From Eledone cirrhosa (Eukaryota): a stretch of 64,000 nucleotides of DNA. The translations under genes were made by a program, and so were the position numbers. This document shows, one piece after another, positions 1 to 11,399 of the stretch (its first letter is position 1; every line of letters starts with the position of its first letter). Under the pieces are notes generated by a model, which saw only the letters and a program-made list of their open reading frames with translations, did no database searches and was not told where the DNA came from. The stretch is taken from positions 83,824,001 to 83,888,000 of the forward strand of contig OZ024742.1 of assembly GCA_964016885.1 (NCBI GenBank), in the 5' to 3' direction.

Positions 1-2689
1 TTAATATATTTGATGCATTCATTTTATTGTGAGCATTCAGATCGGGTCTATTTACAGTAGAATGAATGTTTGTTAAAGGAATCCAAGGATGAGGTGGTAT
101 TGTTAAGCTGGGTGACAGATTAAGTTTATCATTCAAGATCAAGTACAATCTGTCTGACACATTTCTGCACAGTTTCTGTCAATCTAATTTCTCTCTAGGC
201 TTAGGTTAAGGTTATATGAAAAGAACTTGTCCAAGGTGCCACACTGGTATTGGACCCAGAACTATGTGATTGCAAAACAAACTTCTTCACTGCATAGTGA
301 TGACAGCACTCATGTCATAGCTTAGTCTATTTGTCCTCATTGTGTATCTGTTTGCCTTCTACTCCATACTTGCACACAGTTATCATCATCATCATTTTAA
401 TGTCCACTTTCACTGCTAGCATATTTTGAATGGGTCTACATAGACCAACTCGGTACTGAAGTGGTGCTACTGATTTCTCTTCAAAATGGCTTTGACAAAG
501 TTGCTTTATTTTATGAATTTGAATGTTAGTATCCCTCTGAATAATCATTGTTTTACATCAGTTTTGGTTAAGCAGACTTATAATAATTAGAGGCATTCCA
601 GCTATGACTATCTTTAATTTTCTATATCAGGAACTATCTTGTCCGAATGTGTCCTGTTTTTAAAACAATGTGTGATTTGAAGGAATTTGGCTGTTATTTC
701 TACCACATCAAGTGACTATATAGAGGCTCCTTTGTTGGTTTAATGGCATATACTGTTTAACCCTTTCATTACTATATTTCTAATAAAAGTTGCTGCCTAT
801 GATTCTCAAATAATCAAGAATTCTAAGGTAATTAGTAATATAACTTAGTCCACACTGTAAAGTGGTTGTGTAGGAGACATGGTAAAAAGGCTCTCAGTCC
901 ACACTGTAAATGTGGTTGGGGTTAGGTAGGGCATCCAGCCATAGAAAACCTGCCAGAAACAATTCTGTACAAGTGAGACATGGTCTCCCGATCAATCTCG
1001 CCTCAAGTGAGACAACACTGTCCAACCCACGCTAACGTGGAAGATGGACGTTAAACTATGATGATGATGATAACTCACTGTGACTGGTGTTTGGAACATA
1101 ACTTTACAAAAATTCTTACATAAATTTATGATAGAGAAAATGTTTAGATAAATATGTATACTTTGAAATAAACAGTTTTTCATCATAAATAAAACCCTGG
1201 CTGGTTTCAGGTGATTTGCTATCAAACAGGCTAATGCTAGCCAGAAACAGCAGACTTATTTTCCCCAAATGACAACCTATCTTCCATCTTCAAAAAGAAA
1301 GACCACATTGATCTTTATAGCTGCAATGCCTTTGATCATGTTTCTTCTCAATTAAAGTTTTTCTGAGATATGTATTATTATTTAAAAGGAAACATTTCCA
1401 GAAAGATTTCTGTATTATAACTTTTGTCAAAGATAGTGTTTAGAGAACACTTTACTCCTGCTGAGGGTGTAATGATCTCCCTAGTGCTGGTGGCATGATA
1501 AATAAACAACCCAAGTACAGTTAGTAAAGTGGTTAGAACTAGGAAGGATATCCAGCTGTAGAAACCATGCCAAAAACTGAACATATGAGTGGGATGTGTT
1601 TCTCCAAGGTGTTCCAGCTTAGATTATCCCATCTTTTGTATATCCAGGACTCTACTGTCAGGTGTATCCTTTCTTTTTGAATATAGTTGGGTCCAATTTG
1701 AGGGATATTTAACTACAATTTCTGGCAAGTTAAGTGACTACATATAAGCTACCCCATCAGATTATCTAAGGATTTATCAATTTCTGTAGTTTTATTTCAA
1801 TGTTAAGTTTATGATTTTAATCAAATAACATTTTGTGGGTATCATTATTAAGGATTATGTTTATGTGCATTTATTTTGCACTTTCAATATTTTGAAGATG
1901 ATTGTCAAACCTTTATTTGTGATGTAATTCTCCTTTTAATATTCAAAGAAATTTGAAACTTAAGTTGTATAAAACATTGATGTTTTAGAGAGAGTCAAAA
2001 ATAGTAATGCGTGCAGTATACATCTACAGGGAAGTGTGTAATGCTTGGAGTGTGTATATATGAAATTTGGCTCACTATTAGGGATTACTAAGTAGACAAA
2101 CCTAGCCAAATATTAGGTTCAAAGGATTAATGGTTCTTGAGATATGGTTCTTGAAATTTGGGTAAGAATACCGTATTTGACATTCCAAGTAGTCATTTTA
2201 AATTTTCTTGCATTTATAAATTTCAAGGTTTTTTCACTTCTAGTTCCCCAATCACTATGGAAATTGCTACATAAACTAATTTTCAGGTGAGAAATCTAGA
2301 AGTTAAAAACTACTAAAAATATACTAGGAGCAAACATTTTCAAACGCACAGAGCAGTCACAACTCTATGCTCAGGTACAAAACCAGCGATTGACATGGAT
2401 TGGTCATCAAAGCCAGCATCTAATTGTCATGTGCTTTTTCATGATAAATGCATTTAAATTTCAAGTTTACCAAACCATTAATAAACCTTTCTGTGTACAA
2501 CCTTATTGCACTGGTATTCTTACATTTGTGATCCGTTAAGACACCAACTAACAAGCATCTATCTTTTATATTGCATAAACTATATATATATATAATTTTA
2601 TCCCGGGTTCAATTGGGGGTAACCACAGTAAGTAAGGTACTCAATACACAGCAGAGTATAAATATTTAATATAGAAATGGCTATAAATA

Positions 2690-2780
2690 GGTTGATTATT
2701 CACGTGTGAGAATACCTAGAAATCTTGATATAGTATGCCCGAACGGTAAAACGAAGAATCTGGTGTATCTAGAAGAATTT
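2690..2780 (+). mobile_element. Helitron helicase C-terminal remnant
   Basis: Translates as SRVRIPRNLDIVCPNGKTKNLVYLEE, homologous to the remnant at 6740-6830 on the minus strand. Confidence 0.65.
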
Positions 2781-3224
2781 GACTATTGTTTTTATGTTAC
2801 ACACACACACACACACACACACACGCGCACACGCATACCTCATAATGCATTGAATACAGGCGTTTACTCTTCTACCAGTTTTCTCTTATCAACTATTTAC
2901 CCGCGCGAAGAATGATGCAGTATGGTTCTTTTTTGTTTTCCTCAACGTATTGCTACATTTTCGGTGGTCATATTCACGCCAGCCACCAATCGGGTACTGT
3001 AAAACCCGCGAACACTAGGCTTTTTTAGAGGCGGTCTTTACTCGCCTTGTCATAACTACGCCACTGGGTTGTGAGTTTCTTGAGGGCTACAAGTGTCACC
3101 CAGTGTTCCATCTCCCGTAGTAGTTCACCGCTGTTGGCCCGGGTTCGCTTATTCGTCCGCTTACATCGCAACAAGCCATCATATTTGGTGGTCTTATCGC
3201 TATCCGCTACCTGCGACCAGTTCT

Positions 3225-3660
3225 CTAGCAGGTGGGAGGGGTGAGTACTCTCTCAGAGGCTAAGATCACAAGAGCAGTTAGCGAGCTCAAATGTGTCAAG
3301 GCTGTTGCATATGAAATCCACTCCGAGATGTTAAAAGCCTTAAATAGAAAAGCTATTCTTTGGCTGACTCGTGTGTACCGGGTGGCCTGGATCTTTGGAA
3401 AGGCACCTAAACAATGGCAATCGGGAAAGATAAACCCAATTTTTAAAGAATGGAGACAAGAGAGATTGTTCCAATTACAGAGGGCTCTCTTTGCTAAGCC
3501 TCCACAGTAAAGTCTATGCTAAGTGTCTGGCAAAGAGATGCAGGGAGATTGTCAAGTCCAAGATAGCTGATGAACAGTGTGGCTTTCGCCCCCGACACAG
3601 CACAGCCGACCAAATATTCACACTGTGGTAGTGCTTCGAGAAATAGTGAGAGTATTGCTA
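3225..3660 (+). mobile_element. RTE (Expander/Rex3-like) LINE RT fragment
   Basis: EIHSEMLKAL..WLTRV..APKQWQSG..PIFK..NYRGLSLLS..KVYAK..EQCGF..TADQIFTL read across frameshifts. Confidence 0.8.
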
Positions 3661-4069
3661 AAACCTTGTCTGGACCAGCTGCATTTCCGTTTGGTGTTGT
3701 TTTCAATACCTTTAACAGTTCTTCATAACGGTTTTCATAACAAATGCAAACATTTTCACACGCACAGAGCAGTCACAACTCTATGCTCAGGTACAAAACT
3801 AGCGATTGACATGGATTGGTCATCAAAGCCAGCATCTAATTAGTAACTTCCTTGCTGAGTGTCTTCTGCTACATCAACTATCAGGAGGTAGCTGCAAGAA
3901 ACAAAGACTGAAGGCCACATTCCAAAGAATGGTCACAAAAAACTGAATGCAAAAGTCACCGCAATTCAAGAAAAAGCCAATGATAGAAACGCTTGGGCAG
4001 CTCTTATTTTATCTCCCCCATGCCATTATGACATTATTTTAATATGGCTTATATATATATATTAAATTA

Positions 4070-4122
<53 letters not shown>

Positions 4123-4349
4123 AAACAAATAGTAGAAAGGAAAAAACAATTTTTCAGTAGAAAATGTTGAAGAGATTTTTTCTGTGAGATATCAAAACAT
4201 TAATTTATTTACAATACCGGTTTCAGCATTATATGTATTGTCAATTGCGGATATGCAGAATATTGTTAAGTTGCATATTTGTACAAGTAGTGATAATAAT
4301 AATAATAATAATAATAAGAAGAAGAAGAATATGTGTGTGTGCGTGTGTG

Positions 4350-4482
4350 TATCCCGGGTTTAATCGGGGGTAACCACAGTAAGTAAGGTACTCAATACAC
4401 AGCAGAGTTTAAATATTTAATATAGAAATGGCTTCTACAGGACTAGAACAGTTTCATTTGAAGGAAATCATCAGTTTATATT
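4350..4482 (-). mobile_element. Penelope-type pLTR-like repeat with decayed hammerhead (partial second copy at 2600-2682)
   Basis: Minus strand reads CTGATGA-tttccttcaaat-GAAA-ctgttcta-GTC. Stem III (ACUG/UAGU) is intact; stems I and II are weak. 4351-4433 is nearly identical to 2600-2682. Confidence 0.55.
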
Positions 4483-5029
4483 CTCCATCCCATCCCATTT
4501 CTAGGTGAGAGTGGCCACCCTGCTCGTCACCTCGTCCCAGTTTTTATCCATCTGGAGGGGCAGACCAAACCAGACCCCGATCTAATCACACAGAGCTCAC
4601 TATAAGAAAACATTAAGGACGGCACAGGACAACATAAGCTGGCACATGGCTATACAGTGTGGGGTTTTGCGTGTAAAGACATTCAAAGAAAGTCGACAAA
4701 AGCTTCAGTTACCCTGACCTTTCGGGTACATACTCAGTCATGGATGTTGCTTTCACTCACTCTTCAGCAAATTGTGTTGGAAGGTAGTACATCCCACACA
4801 CATTCAATAATATCCATACCTGCAAACACACGCTCGCATACAGACAGACATGCATACACATCTACCTAGTTGATGTTGTCTAAATTCCAATGAAAGATGC
4901 TTATGTCTAGGTTAGAAATCGATTCTCTCTATTGGTAAAAAATTTATAAAATTATAAAACCAGATGAATGTACATACATACATACATACATACTACATAC
5001 ATACATACATACATGGCAGCCACCATGCA

Positions 5030-5596
5030 TGGTGGCTGCCAACTCGTTTTCGAGTACGGCCACTACTTTATATCCATGTAGGAGAACCCCTACCGATGCG
5101 CTGAACGAGTGTGACTTTTTAGTCCAGCCAGCGACTTGAAAACTCTGGTATAAACACTACACCTTTGACAATTATTGACACACAGTGCTGGGCCCATAGT
5201 ACCATGTGATGACAAGTGCAGAGAGATCTCCAGATATAAAGCAATGCCTGTGCCGTGAAGCTTTTATAGTGAGCAAAGGCACTGCACAAAGCCAGTCCCA
5301 CTCTTAACCAAGATGATATTTACCAAAAAGAAGAACAAGTCAACATCATTGGATACCATCAGGGTTGCAGGTGTTATATCAGAGTTTTCTTTCTCCTAGA
5401 ATTCTGCCTTGACAAAGGCTAAGGGGTCATCTCTCCCGGTGATTTTGGATGACCATTGACTCTCAAGAGCTCCTTTGCCCTTTGACAGGTTTTGTTTTTA
5501 GTCCTGCAGGATGTCCAAAGTCACCCTCCTCACCAAGAAACCTTGGTGGGGTTGTACTGGGATACATGTTACCAGTAGCACCAACTGGTGACCTGA
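5030..5596 (-). mobile_element. Non-autonomous bipartite RTE-derived retroelement, longest copy
   Basis: Contains an RTE-type 5'UTR motif (gtcaaggcagaattctaggagaaagaaaactctgat) and an RTE-type 3' end (C2H2-like tail remnant then tactcgaaaacgagt hairpin). Sister copies lie at 25969-26328 and 63274-63604. Flanked by (ATAC)n. Confidence 0.75.
5494..5593 (-). ncRNA. Candidate atypical HDV-like ribozyme at the 5' end of the element
   Basis: P1 GGUCACC/GGUGACU, P2 GUUU/AAAC, P3 CUU/GAG, P4 UCCUGCAGGA and J4/2 CUAA occur in HDV order. L3 (GGUGAG) and P1.1 are non-canonical. Confidence 0.33.
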
Positions 5597-5989
5597 CATA
5601 CATACATGCACACACACACGCACACACATCACATACATACATACAAAAGTACGTACATACATACGTGTGTTCAATCATTAAACATGCTAGAAATTCAGAG
5701 TTACATCCCTTAACAAAAAGATATGTATGAGTTATGTCCCTCCTGGTCGCTTGCAACCCAAACGTAACAGCCCAATCTTTCTCCTACCTCGGGGTTTCAA
5801 AACCTTGAAAAATATATCAGATTCTTTCATTCATCAAAAGCTACAAAGAGAAAGAGAATTGTTGAAAGCGTGGCATCAAGGATGCTAGTGCCTCAGCGTT
5901 AACCGCAACAAATAAAGAACAAGATTGCATGACGCTACATTACATATTAAAAGTGCACATGTAATATATAATGTCAATATATATATATA

Positions 5990-6433
5990 CACGGGTGGGA
6001 ACTGGGGGTACATCCCCCCCCCCATCCCCCAATAATTATACTTTTCTCCCCAAACTACCAAAAACACACAACTCTTAGTATATGCACTACAATTTATGTA
6101 CATGTTATATTTATTGCATATCGAAGTTTTTTATATCTTGGTTCATATTTGGGAATATATTATAACATTCATAGTAATTTTTTAGTCATTTTATTGCTTT
6201 TTCTACACATATCACTATTTGCCAAATGCTCGTATGTGTATTCAGAGACAGATTTCATAGGTCATTTTGCTATAATCATTTTATAATCATTAAAAGCAAT
6301 AAATGTAATATGACCTCCTTGAACTCAAATTGTATTTTCTTACCATTTTAGTGTGCAAAGAGCTAAATTAATCACTCCAACTAAATTGACCAAATTTGAC
6401 CCAACCGATTTAGAAATGGTTCCACTGCTCCTG
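5990..6433. mobile_element. MITE; sister copy at 8990-9226
   Basis: Both copies share an internal body (ccaataattata..caaactaccaaaa..tacaatttatgtacatgttat) and imperfect TIRs of the caggagcagtggaa / ttcc(a/t)ctg(c)(t/c)cctg type. Both sit next to TA tracts. Confidence 0.7.
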
Positions 6434-6607
6434 TGTGTATATATATATATATATATATCCTCTTGTCCCAAATAATGGGGTGTTGGAATAAGCGGGGCGG
6501 GCGAGCATTTGCTTAAATTCCTATAAGCGCGGGTGGGTATAGTGTACATTCGCAAATATGGGATTTCTTGTAATGTTCTTTTTTTTCTTTTTTGTCATAT
6601 ATAATGT

Positions 6608-7033
6608 ACTAGCTGACGGACACAGCTTAGCAGATAATAAGAGAAGACAGGTAGAAGAGAAAGCGACTGTATTGGATGGGAGTGTCTGGTTTACAGTATG
6701 AGGTGAGACCGTGGTGCGTGTGTATGACAAAAAAAAACAGTAAAACGTCTCCCAGATACACCAGATTCTTCGTTGTACTGTTCGTGCATAGTATATGAAG
6801 ATTTCTAGGTGTTCCCACTCGTGAACAACCTACATATAACTGTTCATGGGCAAAACGTGATTCCTTTGTATTCGATTCTACAACTTTGAAACGCTGAGCC
6901 TAAGCTTTATTTATGGTCATAGCAAACCTGGCTCTAACAGGGAACTGAAGTCTTGAGAATGGCACCTCGGTAGAAGAAGGGAAAAGACGAATCTTGGGAA
7001 TAAATGCATTTTCTCCTTGATTGCCACCGTATA
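6608..7033 (-). mobile_element. Helitron 3' portion (PIF1-like helicase C-terminus plus CTAG terminus)
   Basis: FIPKIRL..RLQFPVRARFAMTINKA*..FAHEQLYVGCSRVG..TKNLVY; the element ends gctag|t at 6608-6613. Confidence 0.85.
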
Positions 7034-8162
7034 ATACCAGTTTCTTACAAATAACGAAGAATCTCGATATATTAACACATAAGGAAAGGATAGAGACCAT
7101 TTTTTTTTTTTTATTATATACATCATCATCATCATCATCATCAACGTTTAACGTCCGTGTTCCACGCTTGCATGGGTTTGGACGGGGGTAGTCCCACTTG
7201 AGGCAAGAGTGATTGTCTTGCTCGCATAGGACTGTCTGGCAGGTTTTCTACAGTTGGATGCCCTTCCTAACACCAACCACATTTACAGTGTGGGTCTGGG
7301 AGGTTTTTACCGTGTTGCCTACACGGCCACATTACAGCGTGGACTGTGTGTTTTTTTGTCGTGACACCTACACGATCTCATTTGTTTCGGCCTCGATGGC
7401 GCGGCACCAACATAACTTTACATAGAACGGGGTGGTGTGGATCGGGTGGGGGTGGTGGGACGGGGTGTATTTGTTAGAGATGCCTACTGGCTGGAGTAGG
7501 TTTTACTATATATTTAGGTAAGGCGGGTCTTCTCTGTTACTGAGTACCGCCAAAGGTCTCGGTCCAGTGACATTGTCTTGGAGAGGTGTAAGTGTGTGAT
7601 GTCGGAGTTTATCAGCTCGTCCCAGGTTTTTCTAGGTCTGCCTATTCCGTGACTACCGTCTATCTTTATTGCCCTGCACTTTGTTATACAGCTATCGACT
7701 TTCATGCGCATCACGTGTCCATACCAACGTAGCCTTCTCTCGAGTAGACAACATCTGATCCCTCTTATCTCTAATTTATTCCTTAGTTCGTTTATGCTTT
7801 GCCGTTCACGTATATTACTGTTACACATCCAGCGGAGCATGCAAGCTTCGTTCCTCTCTAGTCTGCGTATATCCTCTGCACACAATGCCCAGGTCTCACT
7901 GCCATGCAGCATTGCTGTTCGTATGCAGGCATCGTACAACCTGCCTTTCATTTTTAGTGAGAACCCTTTAGCAGCTAATAGTGGTATAAGCTCTCTGAAC
8001 TTTTTCCAACCAGTTCTGACTCTAGCTACAGTACTTTCAGAGCACCCTCCCCCACTGCTGATTTTATCGCCATATATATATAATAAAAAAAAAATATGGT
8101 CTCTATCCTTTCCTTATGTGTTAATATATCGAGATTCTTCGCTATTTGTAAGAAACTGGTAT
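7034..8162. repeat. ~86-bp inverted repeat (7034-7120 / 8077-8162) enclosing an RTE fragment
   Basis: ataccagtttcttacaaata..aaggaaaggatagagaccat..attatata and its reverse complement, near-identical. Confidence 0.9.
7121..8070 (-). mobile_element. RTE LINE 3' fragment with (GAT)n tail
   Basis: KGRLYDACIRTAMLHGSETW..RRLRWYGHVMR..GRPRKTW..DRDLWR, followed by a 3' region ending in (CAT)n on the plus strand. Confidence 0.92.
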
Positions 8163-8170
8163 ATATATAT

Positions 8171-8946
8171 ACCCAAGGAAAGGATACAGAACATATTTTT
8201 TAAAAATTATATATATATATATATATATAAAGGACGTAAAATAAGAAAATATTTTTTTAAAAAAATTTAAAAAAAATTTTTTTCTCTTACTTAAATTTTC
8301 ACTCCAACTAATTAGTTTCTGCAATGGGATAAAGACAGTTACGTAATCCAACTGTCGAGAATTCATTGCGTCATCAGGAAGTCTATTCTCAGTTAAGTCT
8401 CCAGGCAATGCGCGGACACTGGCGGCTCATATAAAAATAATAATAATTCGGTAGATTGAACAGCTTGCGAGGACTGGATTCTATGTACCGAAATTCTCAC
8501 TGCTTCAAGTCAAATGGCCGTTTCTAAAGAATCAATCACGTGACACAGAGGCTAGTTAGAAGGAATGGGATGGTAAGATGACTGACGCCTACTAACACCC
8601 CAAAAAAAAAAAATTTTTTTAGAAGTGGTTTTGACAAGTTTGCTCGACAAATCAGTGATTTGGAGATAAATATAGATAATTAATATATCAACTAACATAA
8701 GCGCACAGATGCACGCCCATGCCAGCAAATATACAGGTTATGTCATAGTACCTAGGTGGTTCAATGCAGGAGAATGCAGAACAATAATATAAAGGACGTA
8801 AAATAAGAAAATATTTTTTTAAAAAAATTTAAAAAAAATTTTTTTCTCTTACTTAAATTTTCACTCCAACTAATTAGTTTCTGCAATGGGATAAAGACAG
8901 TTACGTATATATAATTTTAAAAAAATATGTTCTGTATCCTTTCCTT

Positions 8947-8950
<4 letters not shown>
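8171..8950. repeat. Unit with ~42-bp inverted termini and an internal ~120-bp direct repeat
   Basis: Inverted arms at 8171-8212 / 8908-8950; direct repeat at 8225-8345 / 8787-8907; (TA)n on both flanks. Confidence 0.85.
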
Positions 8951-8992
<42 letters not shown>

Positions 8993-9254
8993 GAGCAGTG
9001 GAATTGGAGGGGGGGTACACCACCACCACCAATAATTATATTTTTCTCCACAAACTACCAAAACACACATCTATTTGGATATGCCCTACAATTTATGTAC
9101 ATGTTATGTTTATTGCCTATCAAAGTTTTCTGACCAAATTAGAGTGCAAAAAGCTCAACTAATTACTACAACAAAATGATCTAATTGCACCACCATCCCC
9201 ATTCAGAAGTGTTTCCTCTGCCCCTGTTATATACATATATATATTATAGTAAAG

Positions 9255-10490
9255 AGATCGCGTGTCGCCTGTCAACTATCGTCCAGTCAGTCTTACTAGC
9301 TGCATCACCAAACAGATAGAATCCTGAGTCAGAGAAATACTCTGGAATTCTCACAGCCTTATCCAACCCTCGCAATTTTGATTTATCCCCAACTCCAGCT
9401 ACTGTGATCAACTCATCGAGTTTCTTGAAGACATTACCCGGATCACTGATGGCGTCTCGTGGGTGGATGTTGTTTATCTAAAGCTTTTAATTCTATGACA
9501 CACAAAAGACTTATGGCAAAATTCTCTGCAATGGGTGTGAGAGATGATCTTTATATCTGGTTAAGTCATTCATTTTCAGTCGAAAAGTGTAGATACGGTT
9601 CTAGGACAGCATTCTTCACCCTATTTTTGTTGCATATATTAATAACATAGATGCCAAATTAAAGAATGCCACAGTGCTGAAATACGCAGATGACATCAAG
9701 CTGTACCTTGAGATAAAAAGGACAGATCCTGAACACTAAAGATCTTTCCTACAATCAGACCTGGACAAAATTCAGCAATAGATCACGGACTCGCAATTGA
9801 AGCTGGCTGTGGATAAGTGTACCACAATGCATTTTGGGAGGAAAAAACGCAGCGTTCACATACGCCCTCCACAACACTAATCTCAAGAAATGTTCTTGTG
9901 AACGTAACCTAAGTATGACTGTCAGCACCGATTTGCATTGGGCAAAGCACATCTCTATTGTGAAGAAGGCCGAGAGTGTCTTGGCATCACTCAGTAAGAC
10001 CTTTATCAGCCTCTCTCCAGCTATCTATTTAAAGCTGTATATAGCTATGGTGCTGCCACACTTAGAATATGTATCACCAGTCTGGAACCCCTATCTTGCT
10101 CAGAATATTGACCTCCTGGAAACTGTTCAGAGAAGTGCAACGAAGCGAATACCCACTATAAGGCACCTACCATACTCTGAAAGCCTTGCTTCCATGAGCA
10201 TGGATATATGAAAGCTCCAACATCTGGTAACTGACTTGGTAAATATCCACAAAATTATTAACCATCTTGCCAACATCAACCCTGAGTTCCTTTTAAATTT
10301 CCATGTGTCTAACATCTGTGGACATGCCTGCAAAGTCAGAAAACAGCACAGCTTGTATCTGTGTGTATATCATGACTCATACACTGTTCACTTTCCTGAT
10401 ATTTTTACATTATTCTATGTACTATAAATGCACTTTTGATGAGTTGTAATGCACGTGAGCCCTGTACACAATAATCTTCATTATTATTAT
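9255..10490 (+). mobile_element. CR1-clade LINE 3' fragment (decayed RT)
   Basis: YRPVSLTSC..SKAFNSMTHKRL..KYADDIKLY..LPHLEYVSPVWNPY..LETVQRSATK. Sister copy at 58790-59890 on the minus strand. Confidence 0.9.
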
Positions 10491-11399
10491 ACACACATAG
10501 ATACATATGTATATGTGTGTGTTGTGTCCCTTCTATTTAATGTATTAGAAACAGTTAACTTTATATAGTTATGAATTAATATTGACTGATCCATCATTAT
10601 TGAGCTGATTTAGACGGTTTTTGCTGCTATTTCCAGCGTCAATATATACCCGTCGTATTGTCCTAATAAATTAAGTAGAAAATATCCATGCAATAATTCA
10701 ATACGTTGTCTCACCATGCGGTTTACTAACGGTATGCTATATATGATATATATTCAACTTGTCCTTTGTGTGGAATATATTCATATAGTAAATCGATGAT
10801 ACAACAATACAACACCTTGTTCACCGTGTGGTCTAGCAACGAAATGGTATGTATGATATATGTTCAACTCACCCCTTGTTTCTATGAAGAATTCACCTCC
10901 CAATGAAAAAACTCAAATTCTTCCAAAATTGATTATTCCAATGTCTCGGAGTTCTTGATGTTGTATCTTGGGTTTCAGAAACCATGATTTTGGTATTATA
11001 TAAATTAAACCGGTTTTTTTCAGCCGATTTCTTTTGTATCCGCGCAAAATGAGATTTTAGTATATTTTAATACATCTCTGAGTGGATAATTTATTAATAT
11101 ATCTTATCCTTTCATTGAGATGTTTATGTATTAAGGACAGTTAGCTCTATAGAGTTATAAATTAATATCGGTCGGTCCCAGACACATGTGTTCGTTAATC
11201 ATGGGAATGACACCTCTCCCTACACCCCACGCTGCCCCACCTCATCATTGCCGACCCAAAGAGTCTGATGACCCACTATTGGTTCCAGAGTCTAGTCCGA
11301 TCGATACAGCTCGCACCTTGAGCTGATAAATTGCAAAACGCGTGTCAAACCTGAATAAACGTAATGATGACACCCTGACACCTTGTTCCTGTGTATTAT

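Larger units (their letters stand above)
2330..3841. repeat. 96-bp direct repeat (2330-2425 and 3746-3841) bracketing transposon fragments
   Basis: gcaaacattttca(a/c)acgcacagagcagtc...gccagcatctaatt occurs twice with 2 mismatches. Confidence 0.9.

Noticed and set aside
4205-4250. Minus-strand ttgacaa..gaaaccggta as a hammerhead
   Set aside because: The CUGANGA box is doubly mutated, too degenerate to support.
5520-5596. Twister ribozyme reading of the bipartite element 5' end (UAAC..UCCCA..GAGGG)
   Set aside because: The motifs are present but P1, P2 and P4 could not be paired in twister geometry.
11264-11352. CTGATGA at 11266 and ctgataa..aaaacgcgtgtc as hammerheads
   Set aside because: The first has no properly placed GAAA or stems; the second needs two core mutations.
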